Shown here: positions 37,166 to 50,384 of the stretch, in pieces
How positions within the stretch are numbered: position 1 is the stretch's first letter
Layout of the letters: each line of letters starts with the position of its first letter
Source of the DNA: Mobula hypostoma
Taxonomy: Eukaryota
Direction of reading: 5' to 3'
DNA: 64,000 nt
Assembly (NCBI RefSeq): GCF_963921235.1
Contig: NC_086097.1
Coordinates: forward strand, 194,744,001 to 194,808,000
The notes under the pieces: model-generated
Database searches by the model: none
What the model was told of the DNA's origin: nothing
What the model saw: the letters and a program-made list of their open reading frames with translations, nothing else
Made by a program: the position numbers and the translations under genes

Positions 37166-38444
37166 AGTTTTATATCCTCTATCAAACTTTGATGTGAGGT
37201 TTTTGGATTGTGAAGAAGCTTTAAGAAGCTAGGGTATATTATAGTCTTCAGAAAAGGATTTGCCCTTCACACTGACCTGTTTTCTTTACATCTGTTCCAA
37301 ATAATTAGCTTCCCATTGGTCGCCTTCAAGTTTATGCAGTTGGGAATATTATTGACAAGAAAATTTGGAGAGAGATGGATGGCCTTTGCTCAGATCATTG
37401 CCTGTCACTTGCATGTATAATATTGGCTGCAGCCTGTCAATACAAGTCTGAAATTTATTCAAGTTCTGACAAGGGCTGCTTCATTAATGAAGCTAAATGC
37501 TACAACTTGTTAATTGAGTATCCCACCTCCTGATGTAAGAATCAGCATTGTGACTAGAGGTTGCAAGATTCTTATTTGCTGCCTTGTAGTTGCACTGAAA
37601 AAGAATGGTCCTTTTCATTATTCCAACTATACATTTATATTGAAGAGCTTTGAATGCTGGTAGTTCAGGTAAAGAAATTATGTTATGAGAACTCATGGAA
37701 AAGTTTCGTCTTTCTCAGCCAGCCCAAGAGCTTTTGTCAGACAACATCCATTTTCATTTTATTGAGTACTTTTCTATGTGATTTGGAGATGTTGTGATTG
37801 ATTGTTTATTTGCCTTCCTCTAATATATCATTGTTATAGTAATTAGCAGATTTTATTTTTTTCTTGTTTAGGTCCTGACCAATTGATTTACAAGTACAAC
37901 ACATCCATCACCCTTTGATTGTTTGGAATGTTCCATGAGATGCAACAGCCTGTACCTTCAGTAAAAAGCTTTGTGGGGAATTTTAATGTCCACAGCAAGA
38001 TAGTGTTCAACTAAATGTGGGAGCTACTGTAAATCAGAGATGTTTGCTCTGTGCCAAGAAACCATTTTCAGTCCATCCACCTTGGAGAACTGAGGGGCAA
38101 GGAATGGGGAGCCTACTTCTCCTGGTTTCTTTGCTGGTTATATGATGAGAATCTTGTTTCATCCACCCTGGGAAACTTGGCAGTTGGAGCAAGCGGTGGA
38201 TAATCTTGTGTGGACAATAAGGTATTTTGCAGATGGGGTATGGAAGGTATGTTCCACTGAAGCATCCAGGCTACTCTATATATAAGTTCATTGATCAGGG
38301 ATACGGACCTCTCCAGAGATCAATAACTGATCCATTCATCAAGGTTAGAACATCATCTTGAAGTTATGATTAAGATTTTTCTGTTCTGCCAACCTGTTCC
38401 AGTGTTTCTGGGGATGGATAGACTAAGATCTTGGAATTATTCTA

Positions 38445-38750
38445 AGGGACCAGATGTAAAGGTAGTTGGATAGACAGGGACTGATTAGGGATAGTCATCG
38501 TGGTTTTGTAGGTGTTAGGTCATGTCTAACCAAACTCAAAGAGCTTTTTGTGGAAAGTTAATGAAGGCAAGGCAGTGGATGGTGTCTACATGGGCTTTGA
38601 CAAGGTCTTTGACAAGTTCCTATATGGGAGGTTGGTCAAGAAGGTTCAATCCTTTAGCATTCAGGATGAGGTAGAATTTTGGATTAGACATCGGCTTTGT
38701 GGGAGAAGCCAGAGAATGGTAGTAGATAGTTGGCTCTGACTGGAGGCCTG
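38445..38750 (+). mobile_element. CR1 RT fragment
   Basis: EGKAVDGVYMGFDKVFDK. Confidence 0.8.
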
Positions 38751-38754
38751 TAAC

Positions 38755-39880
38755 TATAAGAACATAAGACCATATAATATAGGAGCCATTCAGCCATTCA
38801 GCACATCCAGTCTGCTCCACCATTCAATCATGGGCTGATCCAATTCTTCCAGTCAAGGCCACTCCCCTGCCTTCTCCCCATACCCTTAGATGCCCTGGTT
38901 AAGCAAGAACCTATCTATCTCTGCCTTAAATACACCCATTGACTTGGCCTCCACAACCACTTGTGGCAACAAATTCCACAGATTTACCACCCTCCGACTA
39001 AAGTACATGACCATACACTTTCCAACATTGTATTTCATTTGTCACTTCTTTGCCCATTCCCCTAAACTATCTAAGTCTTTCTGCAGGCTCTCTGTTTCCT
39101 CAACATTACCTGCTCCTCCACCTATCTTTGTATCATTGGCAAATTTAGCCACAAATCCATTAATCGCATAGTCCAAATCACTGACATACATACATCATTC
39201 AGTTCCTCTGCCACCTCTGTATCTTTCATTACAATATCTCCAGTGTCATTTTCTATTGGTACTATATATACCCTCAACTCTCTTTTACTCTTTATATACT
39301 TAAAAAAGCTTTTAGTATCTTCTTTGATATTAGTCGCCAGCTTCCTTTCATAATTCATCTTTTCCTTCCTAATGACCTTCTGCAAGTTTTTAAAAGTTTC
39401 TCAATCCTCTATCTTCCCACTAGCTTTGGCTTCCTTGTATGCCTTCTTTTTTGCCTTTACTTTGGCTCTGACTTCACTTGTCAACCACGGTAGTGTCCTT
39501 CTTCCATTCGAAAAGTTCTTCTTATTTGCAATATATCTGTCTTTTGCTTCCTTAATTTTTTGCAGAAAATCCAGCCATTGCTGCTCTGCTGTCCTTCCCA
39601 CTAGTGTCTCTTTCCAGTCAACTTTGGACAGTTCGCCTCTCGCGTTATTGTATTTTTCTTTATTTCACTGAAATACAGAGACATTGGAATTTAGTTTTTC
39701 CTTCTTAAAATTTCAAAGTGAAATCAATCACTAACCCCTAAGGGTTCCTTAACCTTAAGCTCTCTTACCACCTCCGGATCATTGCGCAGCACTCAGCCCA
39801 GCACAGCTGATCCCCTAGTGGGCTCAACAACAAGCTGTTCTAAAAAGCATTCTACAAGTTCTCTCTCTTGAGGTCCAGTA
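38755..39880 (-). mobile_element. CR1 with several internal deletions
   Basis: Tail at 38755; ERKLATNIKEDTKSFFKYIK; LPWLTSEV; FLEQLVVEPTRG. Confidence 0.85.
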
Positions 39881-39889
39881 CTGTGATTA

Positions 39890-40132
39890 GTAGAGTGCGC
39901 AAGGAACTTGTTCACTCCAATGGTGGTGAGAAAGTGGAACGAACTGCCAACAGAAGTGGTGGATGTGGATTTCATTTCAACATTTATGAGAAATTTGATA
40001 GGTACATGGATAGGAGGGGCATAAAGGGCTATGGTGCAGGTGCAAGTTGATGGAACTAATCAGATTAATATTTCCGCAGGGACTAGATGGATCGAAGGTC
40101 CTGTTACTGTGCTGTAGTGCTCTATGACTCTA
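39890..40132 (+). mobile_element. CR1 3' end
   Basis: CR1 3' UTR ending ctctatgactcta. Confidence 0.7.
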
Positions 40133-40562
40133 CCTCAGAAATGATGTCCAAATGTGCACTGTAGTCTGCGGAATGGTACAAGGCAAATCTGGACTCTTCA
40201 GTTCTTATGCATGCCAATGTGCAGAGGACACAGAAGCAATTTAATGACATTCCGCATAGCTGCAATCTAATCCAATCAATTTCAGCAATCAGTTTTATGT
40301 TTTTTCTATATGCTTAACCTGTTCCCAAAATCAGGGTTGAGAAAAAAATCTGTAATTGGATATTACTGTCAACACAGACTTCAATACTACAGTCCAAATT
40401 AAAAATGAGAAATGAGCAGATTCCTGATCAAATTTCTAACTAGGCAGGTCTGCCATCTCCTCTCTGCTTTGTTTCTGTGTTGCGTTGAATGATTTACTGA
40501 ATACTTCAGAAGGTCTGTGAGATCCTTTATGGCCAGGTAGCGTTTTGGCATTGCCCTCAAGG

Positions 40563-42081
40563 TGTCATGGTCCGGTCCGTTAAGTCCGCATTCCGGTTCA
40601 CGGTCTGGTACATAGACTCAGGACTCCGGGTCTTCCAGCTGTCCCTTGTCTGACTAAATCAAAGGCACCTGATTCCCATCTTTGGGCTTGCAATATAAGT
40701 AGCCTTGGGATTACATGGGGGCTGCTGATTTGTCTTGTCAGTCCTCCTTGGAGTAACTTGCTGATGGAAGACTAGTGAAACCATTTGTGATCTCTAGGCC
40801 TGGTTGGAGGACCACTGTTTCATGAAGCCTTGTTGCCACTCGTTGGAGTGGTCCTTGTGATATGGATTTGGCTGTTTCCTGGGCCAGCTGAGTGACTGCC
40901 AGCCACTCTGAGCTAGGTAGGGATCTGGTTGTTTCTGTAGCCAGCTGAAGTTGCTGGCTGAATTGAGACTTGGAGCTTCCCTGGAGCAGAGATGGAACTG
41001 TCTCTTGCTCTTTAGTGTTTGTCTCTTCTTGTCCTTGCCTCCATGGGTAAGTCAGGCTGTTTTGCCATTGCCTTTTGGGGGGACATGCCTTTGCCTCTGT
41101 TGGGTAAGTCTGGCTGTCCTGCTGTTACCCAATAGGTGGACCTGTCCCACCTTGGTGTGGAGATGAAGATGAGTCCTGGCTTAGAAACCATAGAAACTAT
41201 AGAAACTACAGCACAGAAACAGGCCTTTTGACCCTTCTTGGCTGTGCTGAACCATTTTCTGCCTAGTCCCAATTACCTGCACACGGACCATATCCCTCCA
41301 TACACCTCCCATCCATGTACCTGTCCAATTTATTCTTAAACGTTAAAAAAGAACCTGCATTTACCACCTTGTCTGGCAGCTCATTCTATACTCCCACCAC
41401 TCTGTGAAGAAGTTCCCCCCCTAATGTTCCCTTTAAACTTTTCCCCCCTCACCCTAAACCCATGTCCTCTGGTTTTTTTTTCTCCCCTTGCCTCAGTGGA
41501 AAAAAACCTGCTTGCATTCACTCTATCTATACCCATCATAATTTTATATACCTCTATCAAATCTCCCCTCACTCTTCTACGCTCCAGGGAATAAAGTCCC
41601 AACCTATTCAACCTTTCTCTAACCTTTCTCTTACCTTTCTCTTGTCGAAAGATAAGTCCTGGCTCTATGCTGATGTTCAGTTCCCAGTCTGTCTCTCAGC
41701 TCCAGTCTCTGAGTTATCAGCCTCTGCATTTCAAGACAAAGATCCGAAGCCAAGCTCCAAGAACCCAAGCCTTGAGGATCCCAAACCAAGCTCAAGACCC
41801 CAGCCTCAAGCCATGTGATGTCCTTGCCTGGTTCTGGGGTCCGAGCCCGAGGCAAGAGCCAGGTTCTGGGTCCTTGTCCAGTCTTGGGCTCGGAGTCCAA
41901 GCCTTGTCTCCTAGTCCATGGTTCCTAGTCCTGGTCCTGCTTTCCCTAGGCTAACTTTGCTTTCTTGTCCCTGCTCCTGGTCTGAATCCTGTCATGTCCC
42001 TACTCTAGTCAAGTCCTGTTCCTCGTACTTCAGTGTCTGTGTCTTGCATTTGGGTCTGTTCCCGGCCACCCCATTATGACA
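40563..42081 (+). mobile_element. Solo LTR (Gypsy-like) carrying a CR1 insertion at ~41182-41625
   Basis: Termini TGTCAT...ATGACA; TSD CAAGG at 40558-40562 and 42082-42086; start TGTCATGGTCC shared with the LTR at 12241. Confidence 0.85.
41182..41625 (-). mobile_element. CR1 3' fragment
   Basis: (atagaaac) tail; RLGLYSLERRRVRGDLIEVYKIM. Confidence 0.9.
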
Positions 42082-43919
42082 CAAGGCTGCAGAGGTGATG
42101 AGACTACCTTCTATCTTATTCTTGAGTGTGTGTCTGGAAAGAGATGCAGTAGTTTTTGTAAAAGTACAACTATATAATGCAGGAGTCTGTTTTCTATGAA
42201 CATTGAAACCTGATATATTTGCCACAGGGGCTTTGTGTGGAAATCTACCATTTTGGACCTCACCACCATTGTATTCTGAGAAGTTGTAAAAATCATTTGA
42301 ACTTTACAATGTAAAATGTATGTGAAAGAAAAATTGATGATTTGCTAATATCTTGTAAATCTGGTTTGAAAACTGCATATTTAATTATGTGAGCAGCAAA
42401 TATATGAATACACTACATTATTTTTGCAAATTTTATCAATACTGTATAGTTAGAGGGGCATGTCACAGGGGCCTCAATTAGCAGCAGATTGAAGATAACT
42501 GAGAACAATATAGATTTGCTGCACTCCTCTTATTTGTGTCTCAGTAAATCCTCTTCTTACATGTAAGATGTTGATGTCTTGTGTATCTCCCATTTCACCA
42601 TGACCAGACCTTTTTCATTTTCTTCTTCCAGGTTCCTAAGCAATCTCACCTACATTAGGCAAGGTTGTTCAAAATGAAGATGGAGGAAGAAGAGAGTGAT
42701 CACTTGTTGGCAGGGCATGAAATCCTAAGGGCTTTCATTAGGTGTAGGCCATATGACACCACTGAGCCTCTAATGTCCATAAAGCATTGGCTGAATCTTG
42801 TGTTGGCCTTAATTTCACTTTCCTATCTATTCTCTATAACTATTGGGTATCCTGTTGTTCAAAAATAAGCCTGCTTCGATTTTAAATACTGTGGTAGGGA
42901 ATATCAAAGACGTGGTCCCTTGAGAGAATAAATCTCATCTCCATCGAAAGGAATTACACCTTTCTCTGAGATTTTTCCTACTATTTCTAGGTCCTTGTAT
43001 GGATGCTGAGATGTGTTTACCCTCCTGGCAATATCAGGAAGTGGCTGGCACAGTGTCAGTGTAAAGCATTGTTACTTAAGACTAAAGTGACAAGGAATTT
43101 CTTTTAGTGAGTCATGAATCTTCGAAATTCTCTACCTCAGCAAGTTAGGAAGGCTATATGAAGACTAGCATAAATTTTTTTCAATTGAAGAATCAAATGT
43201 TATTGAGAACAGGTAAGAAAATAGACTTTAAACTAAGAAGATTTTGCTCAGTACTATCTCTGAATTGAAAATGGTTGACTTGATTCTACTCTTCCTTCTG
43301 CTAGCTTTTCCAATGCGTTTGGGGTGCTTTTAGTGTCTTCTATTTGTAAATCTATTCAAAATCTGAGGTACGACATCTTATTTACCTACTTCATTCTTTT
43401 AAAATACCATTAGAATCTCTTACAAGTTCAATTTAAAGTTCAGTTTATTGTTGATCAACTGTATACATGTATACCGCTAAATGAATCAATGTTCCTCCAG
43501 ACCAAGGTACTCACACACATAAAATGTGTGAACAGCGGCCAATCAGTGATCAGCAGTGAGAGAAGTGACTTACACAAGTCTGCATGTGAGTATTAAAAAG
43601 AAACGGTTCGCTGGAGTTTTGGCATTTGAACTGTGCCCAATCAGTGATCAGGAGCAAGAGAAGAAACTTCTTCACTCAGGGTGGTGAAAGTGCGAAACAA
43701 GTTGCCAGCACAAGTGGTGCATGCAATTTTGATTTCGATGTTTAAGAAAAGTTTGGATAGGGACAAGGATGGGAGGTCTATGGAGGGTTATGGTCTGGGT
43801 GCAGTCGATGGGGCTAGGCAGTTTAAATGGTTCAGCATGGACTAGATAGGCTGAAAGGCCTGTTCTGTGCTGACATTTTCTATGATTCTATGTCTATGAA
43901 GTTATATAACCATAGATAT

Positions 43920-44232
43920 GTGTGGGCATGTGGCCAAGTGGTTAAGGCATTGGACTAGTGACCTGAAGGTTGTGAGTTCGAGCCCCAGCCAAGAAAACGT
44001 GTTGTGTCCTTGAGCAAGGCACTTAGCTCTGCGATGACACTGGTGCCAAGCTGTATGGGTCCTAATGCCCTTCCCTTGGACAACATTAGTGTTGTGGAGA
44101 GGGGAGACTTGCAGCATGGGCAACTGCTGGTCTTCCATACAACCTTGTCCAGGCCTGCGCCCTGGAGAGTGAAGACTTTCCAGGTGCAGATCCATGGTCT
44201 CGCAAGACTAACAGATGCCTTTAATTTTAATT
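43920..44232 (+). mobile_element. tRNA-derived SINE with CORE-like central block
   Basis: A box TGGCCAAGTGG, B box GAGTTCGAGCC, tgtgtccttgagcaaggcactta; (tttaa) tail; 13-bp TSD taaccatagatat at 43907-43919 and 44233-44245. Confidence 0.9.
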
Positions 44233-44519
44233 TAACCATAGATATATTAACAAATAATAAGTTGCACTTGAAGCACTTTTTTTTAAACATCAGTAGGACA
44301 ACAATACTGGCACTTCATACATGATGAGACCTGGTTGGAGGCAGGGAGTTCTGTAATCTTATGGGCTCAGGCAAGAAACTGTTTCCTATCCTAACAGTTC
44401 TTGGCTTAATGCTGCTTCCTGTTTGATGGTAGGGAATCATAAAGATTGTTGGATGAATGGGAGGGATCATTGACAATGCTAAGGGCCTTGCATATGCAGC
44501 ACTCCTGATGAATATCTCT

Positions 44520-45331
44520 CAAACATGAGGAATTCTGCAGACGCTGGAAATTCAAGCAACACACATCAAAGTTGCTGGTGAACGCAGCAGGCCAGGCAGC
44601 ATCTCTAGGAAGAGGTACAGTCGACGTTTCGGGCCGAGACCCCTCATCAGGACTAACTGAAGGAAGAGCTAGTAAGAGATTTGAAAGGGGGAGGGGGAGA
44701 TCCAAAATGATAGGCAAGACAGGAGGGGGAGGGATAGAGCCAAGAGCTGGACAGTTGATTGGCAAAAGGGATATGAGAGGATCATGGGACAGGAGGCTGA
44801 GGGAGAAAGGAAAGGGGGGGGTCGCGGGAAGCCCAGAGGATGGGCAAGGGGTATAGTGAGAGGGACAGAGAATGAATGTGTGTATTTAGATAAATAATGG
44901 ATGGGGTTCGAGGGGGAGGTGGGGCATAGGCAGAAGTTTGACAAGTCAATGTTCATGCCATCAGGTTGGAGGCTACCCAGACAGAATATAAGGTGTTGTT
45001 CCTCCAACCTGAGCATGGCTTCATCTTTACAGCAGAGGAGGCCGTGGATAAACATATCAGAATGAGAATGGGATGTGGAATTAAAATATTTGACCACTGG
45101 GAGATTCTGCTTTTTCTGGCGGATAGAGCATAAGTGTTCAGCAAAGCGGTCTCCCAGTCTGCGTCGGGTCTCACCAATATATAGAAGGCCACATCGGGAG
45201 CACCGGACGCAGTATATCACCCCAGCCGACTCACAGGTGAAGTGTTGCCTCACCTGGAAGGACTGTCTGGGGCCCTGTATTGTGGTAAGGGAGGAAGTGT
45301 AAGGGCATGTGCAGGGTAAGGGAGGAAGTGT
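44520..45331 (-). mobile_element. Penelope-like element, 5'-truncated (GIY-YIG endonuclease and terminus)
   Basis: FTCESAGVIYCVRCSRCGLLYIGETRRRLGDRFAEH..EQHLIF..QPDGMN; TSD aatatctct at 44511-44519 and 45332-45340. Confidence 0.92.
44619..44654 (-). ncRNA. Minimal type I hammerhead ribozyme in the Penelope terminus
   Basis: Minus strand AGTC CTGATGA GGGG-TCTCGG-CCC GAAA CG TC^GACT: intact core, helix I AGTC/GACT, GUC cleavage triplet. Confidence 0.85.
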
Positions 45332-47244
45332 AATATCTCTGATAGATGGAAGAGAGGCCCCATTGATCCTATTAGCAGTTCTTGCAATCCTTTGTAGAGA
45401 CTTGCATCAGATGTTTTGCAATTCTCATACCAGACAGTGATGCTGCTGGTCAGGACACTCTTGATGGTGCTCCTCGCTCACCTCAGTCTCCTTGGGAAAT
45501 GGAGATGCTGCTGTGCTTTCTGGACTAAAAAGGTGGTGTTAAGGAACCAGTTAAGGCGATTCATTATGTGCACTCCCAGAAACTCAGTGTTTCTAACACT
45601 TTCCACGGAGGAGCAGTTTCTGTGCAGTGAGGAATGGTCAGCCCGTGCTGCCTTAAAGTCCCCAATCATCTCTTCAGTCTTGTCGACATTGAAACTCAAG
45701 TTGTTGTGCTCGCACTATCCTACAAGCCACTCTTTTTCCTCTCTGTACGCCATCTCACCATCGTTGTTGATGAGGCCAGCCACTGGCGTGTTATCAGCAA
45801 AGTTGATGATTCGGTTTGCACTGGATCTAGAAATACAGTCATGTTTCAGCAGTGTGAACAGCAGTGGGCTTAGCACATGTGTGCCAGTGCTCAGTAGGAT
45901 GTTTCTGCTAACATGGACAGACTGTGGCCTTTCTGTCAAGAGGCCCAAGATCTATTTACACAGAGAGATGTTGAGACCCGATGAGGACAGCTTTCCCACC
46001 AGCTTCTGAGGGAGGGTTGAATTAAAAGTGGAACTGTAGTCAATAAACAGCATCTTGGTGTATGAGGCACCATTTTTTCAGTGGGACAGGACAGAATGGA
46101 GTGTAAAGGTTGCGGCATCATCAGTGGACTAATTTGAGCAGCAAGTGAATTGCAAAGAGTCCAATGTAGCAGGAAGATGGAATTTAATGTGATCTACGAC
46201 CAGCCACTCAAAATACCTTATTATTGTCGCGGTCAATGTCACTGGATGTCAGTCACTAAGTCAGGTTTCTGTTGCGCTCTTGGGCACTGGGGTGATGGTG
46301 GCCACCTTGAAGCCTATGGGGACTGTGGACATTTCCAGAGAGATGTTGAAGATGTCTGTTAACAGGGCTGCAAAGTCCCTCAACAACTAAACAGGTATGT
46401 TATTAAGCTCTGCGGCTTTGTGGGTCGACCCTGGCTAGGGTCTTTCCCACCTCTGTGGCTGCCAGAGTGCCTGTTTCTCAGGGATGGGGAGGAGAACGGG
46501 GGCCTTGCTCACTACCACATTGTTCCATGTGTTAACTCGAGCATACAAAATATTCATCCTATCAGGAAGAGAGGTATCATTGTCATTAACATTTAGGGTG
46601 GACTCATAGTTTATGGTCTGAGTGCCCTGCCATATGTAACTCATGTTTCTGGTATCACAGAAATGGTTGTAATCTGTGAATAATCCCATTTTGTTTTCCT
46701 GATTGCACTGCTCTTGCAGGCCTGAGAGTCCCCTTATCCTCTAATCTGAATACAACATCCCAATCTCTCAGCCACGTCCAGACTTCTACTGTCAGGCATG
46801 GCTTCTGATTTGCCCTCAGATGTGTTTAATAATGGTTTTGTTGTCAATGTATTTCTTTATATAGCCTGTCACAGATGTTGCATGTTCACCAATGTTAATG
46901 TAGTGGTTGTAGGTAACCACTTCCCTGAACATATTCTAGCCTCTATTTCTAAACAGTCCCACAAAGCTGAAGTTGCGCCTTGTGACCAGGTCTTTATCTT
47001 CCTCTGAACTGGTTTGACTTTCTTCTGTTCATCTAATGTTATTTACTCTCATTGTTCATTAGTCCCTCTTTACTTTTTCAACCTCACCTTTCTTTTATTT
47101 TTAGTTTTTGCAAAAGGTTGACAAAATTGCCAAAATCTTCCTGATCATATGGTGTCCAGCTATTTGCAACATTACATGCCTTATCTTTCAATTTGACATT
47201 ATCTTTCACTTCCTTACTTAGCTACAGATAGTTCCAACTACTTA

Positions 47245-48970
47245 GACCATAAGACAAAGGAGCAGAAGTCGGCCATTTGGTCCATCGAGTCTGCTCTGCC
47301 ATTTTATCATTAGCTGATCCATTCTCCCATTTAGTCCCACTCCCCTGCCTTCTCACCATAACCTTTGATGCCCTGGCTACTCAGATACCTATTAATCTCT
47401 GCCTTAAATACACCCAATGACTTGGCCTCCACTGCCACCTGTGGCAACAAATTCCATAGATTCACCACCTTCTGGCTCAAAAAAATTTCTTCGCATCTCT
47501 GTTCTGAATGGGCGCCCTTCAATCCTTAAGTTATGCCCTCTCGTACTAGACTCCTCCATCATGGGAAACAACTTTGCCACATCCACTCTGTCCATGCCTT
47601 TCAACATTCGAAATGTTTCTGAGGTCTCCCCTTATTCTTCTAAACTCCAAGGAATACAGTCCAAAAGCGGACAAACATTCCTCATGTTAACCCTTTCATT
47701 CCTGGAATCATTCTAGTGAATCTTCTCTGTACCCTCTCCAACGTCAGCACATCCTTTCTTAATTAAGGAGATCAAAACTGCCCACAGTACTCCAAGTGAG
47801 GTCTCACCAGTGCCTTATAGAGCCTCAACATCACATCCCTGCTCCTATACTCTATTCCTCTAGAAACAAATGCCAACATTGCATTCGCCTTCACCACTGA
47901 CACAACCTGGAGGTTAACCTTAAGGGTATCCTGTACGAGGACTCCCAAGTCCAGTTGCATCTCAGAACATTAACTTCTCTCCCCATTTAAATAATAATCT
48001 GCCCATTTATTTCTTCTACCAAAGTGCATAACCATACACTTTCCAACATTGTACTTCACTTGCCACTTCTTTGCCCATTCTTCCAATCTATCCAAGTCTC
48101 TCTGCAGACTCTGTTTTATCAGCACTACCAGCCCCTCCACCTATCTTCATATCATCAGCAAACTTAGCCACAAAGCCATCTATTCCATAATCCAACGTAA
48201 AAAGAAGTGGCCCCAACACGGACCCCTGTGGAAAACCACTGGTAACCGGCAGCCAACCAGAATAGGATCCCTTTATTCCCACTCTGTTTCCTGCCAATCA
48301 GCCAACGCTCTATCCACATATGTAATTTTCCCATAATTCCATGGACTCTTATCTTAAGTACCTCGTGTGGTACCTTGTCAAAGGCCTTCTGAAAATACAA
48401 ATATACACCATTCATGGCATCTCCCTTGTCTAGCCTACTGGTAATTTCCTCAAAAAATTGTGATAGGTTGGTCAGGCAGGATTTTCCTTTAAGGAATCCA
48501 TGATGAGTTCAGCCTATCTTGTCATATGCCTCCAGGTACTCTAACTTCATCCTTGACAATTGACTCCAACTTCCCAACTACCGATGTCAAGCTAACAGGT
48601 CTATAATTTCCTTTTTGCTTCCTTGCCCCCTTCTTAAATAGCAGAGTGACACTTACAAACTTCCAGTTCTCCGGAACCATGCCAGAATCTATCAACTTTT
48701 GAAAGATCATTGCTAATGCCTCCGCAATCTCCACAGCTACTTCCTTCAGAACACGAGGGTGCATTCCATCTGGTCTGGGAGATTTATCTACCTTTAGACT
48801 ATCCAGCTTCCTGAGTACTTTCTCTGTTGTAATTGTGACTGCGAACCCTTCTCTTCCTTGCCACCCTTGAGTGTCTGGTATACTGCTGATGTCTTCCTCA
48901 GTGAAGATTGAAAATATTCATTCAGTTCCTCTGCCATCTCCTTATCTCCCATTACAATTTCTCCAGCATC
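47245..48970 (-). mobile_element. CR1 3' half (RT)
   Basis: HPRVLKE, NYRPVSLTS, FQKAFDKVPH, PQGSVLGP, KFADD. Confidence 0.9.
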
Positions 48971-50384
48971 ATAATACTTAGAGTATTGGTTTCCTAATGG
49001 AATATAGCTTGATGGAGAATGTTCATCTGTCTACATGTTTAGCTTTTAATCAAATTTTCCAGTCAACTTTAGTCACCTGTCTTCGTAGCTTGATCTTGGA
49101 CCTTCTGGTAACTTCACTTTAGGTCAGAGAATGAACTTAAAAATGGAAGATAGAGGTGAATGGAAGATAGAATGCAATGATCTTAGATGGCTTTAATCTT
49201 CATCTTTTGGGCATTTAAAATTAGAAAAGGTAGGTAGCACTCATAACAAATTTACAAGTGAACTCAGGACAGATTCTTGGAATAATATACCATGGGACCC
49301 ACTGGAGAGCACACTACTTTAGATCTAGTAAATTTCTTGTGAAATTCTACCATGTTATATTCTTTCCTCAGAGGATTCTTTATTGAGATTATGGGGTCAT
49401 CCCACTTTTTTAAGCAGTATTATTGAAAACTATTGCCTTGGGAGCTAAATGGAAAAAGTTAGTTCTTCATTTTCATAGATTGTACATGGTCTCTAAGAGA
49501 ATTTGTCGCCTTGTCAGTGAATTGGATTCACACTTGCCATAGCTTCAGTCCCTTCAAGTTTAATGTACATGTCTGGTAAAGTTCTCTGTAAACTGCAGGA
49601 TATCAGTACATGAAACTCTTTCCAGCTGTCAAAGTCAGGTTATATACTTGAAGCAGGAGAACTGCCTGTGGGTTTTCTTGGTTGTTATTTGATTAAGATT
49701 TTTTGTGCAAATTGGGACCAGTATATATTCAAAGTTCAAAAAGTTCAAAGTAAATTTATCATCAAGGTACATATACATTACTATATACTATCTTGAGATT
49801 TAATTCCTTGAGGCATTTAGAGGGAAAAAAAGAAATACAATAGAATTTCATGAAAAAAACAATATATAAACAAAGACAGATAAACCACTAATGCACAACA
49901 GAAGACAAACTGTGCAAATAAAAAAATACTGAACAGAAATTGCTAAGAGTCCTTGGAGGTAAGTCTATAGATTATAAAATCAGTTCAGAGTAGTGGTGAT
50001 TGATGTTATTCATGCTACTCCAGGAGCCAAATTGTTGTAGGGCAATAACTGTTCCTCAAAGGCTAATGGAACATGTCCAGCAAGTGCCTCAAAATTACAC
50101 AAGGGTAACTAAAGGACCAATTTTGATATGGAAGAAGTTTTAGCTCACAGAATAAGTGGAATGAGTCCTGCACATTTTCCACAACCTTCTTGATAATGGG
50201 AAGAACTTGCTGATGATTATCTGTTCTAGAGGGATAGGATTGATTCTACTGCTGTCTGTTCAGATCTCCGGAGAGCACAGTTTGAACTTTAAGGACAAAT
50301 GAGGGAGAAGGATGTGGCCCTTTCTTCTTCTGCTGAACCAAAGTAAAGATTATGGAATTGAACTGCCTGTATTCTGAAGGATAG

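Larger units (their letters stand above)
43425..47010 (-). mobile_element. Decayed Rex1/Babar-type LINE, interrupted by a CR1 piece, a SINE and a Penelope
   Basis: LSPLLFTLLKHDC..INFADNTPVAGLI; NVDKTEEMIGDF; KAQQHLHF; aagttca-type tail at 43425. Confidence 0.7.

Noticed and set aside
42610..42868. Splice acceptor and 67-aa ORF as a host exon
   Set aside because: No recognisable product or supporting donor
43922..43992. tRNA gene
   Set aside because: It is the head of a TSD-flanked SINE and gives no good cloverleaf
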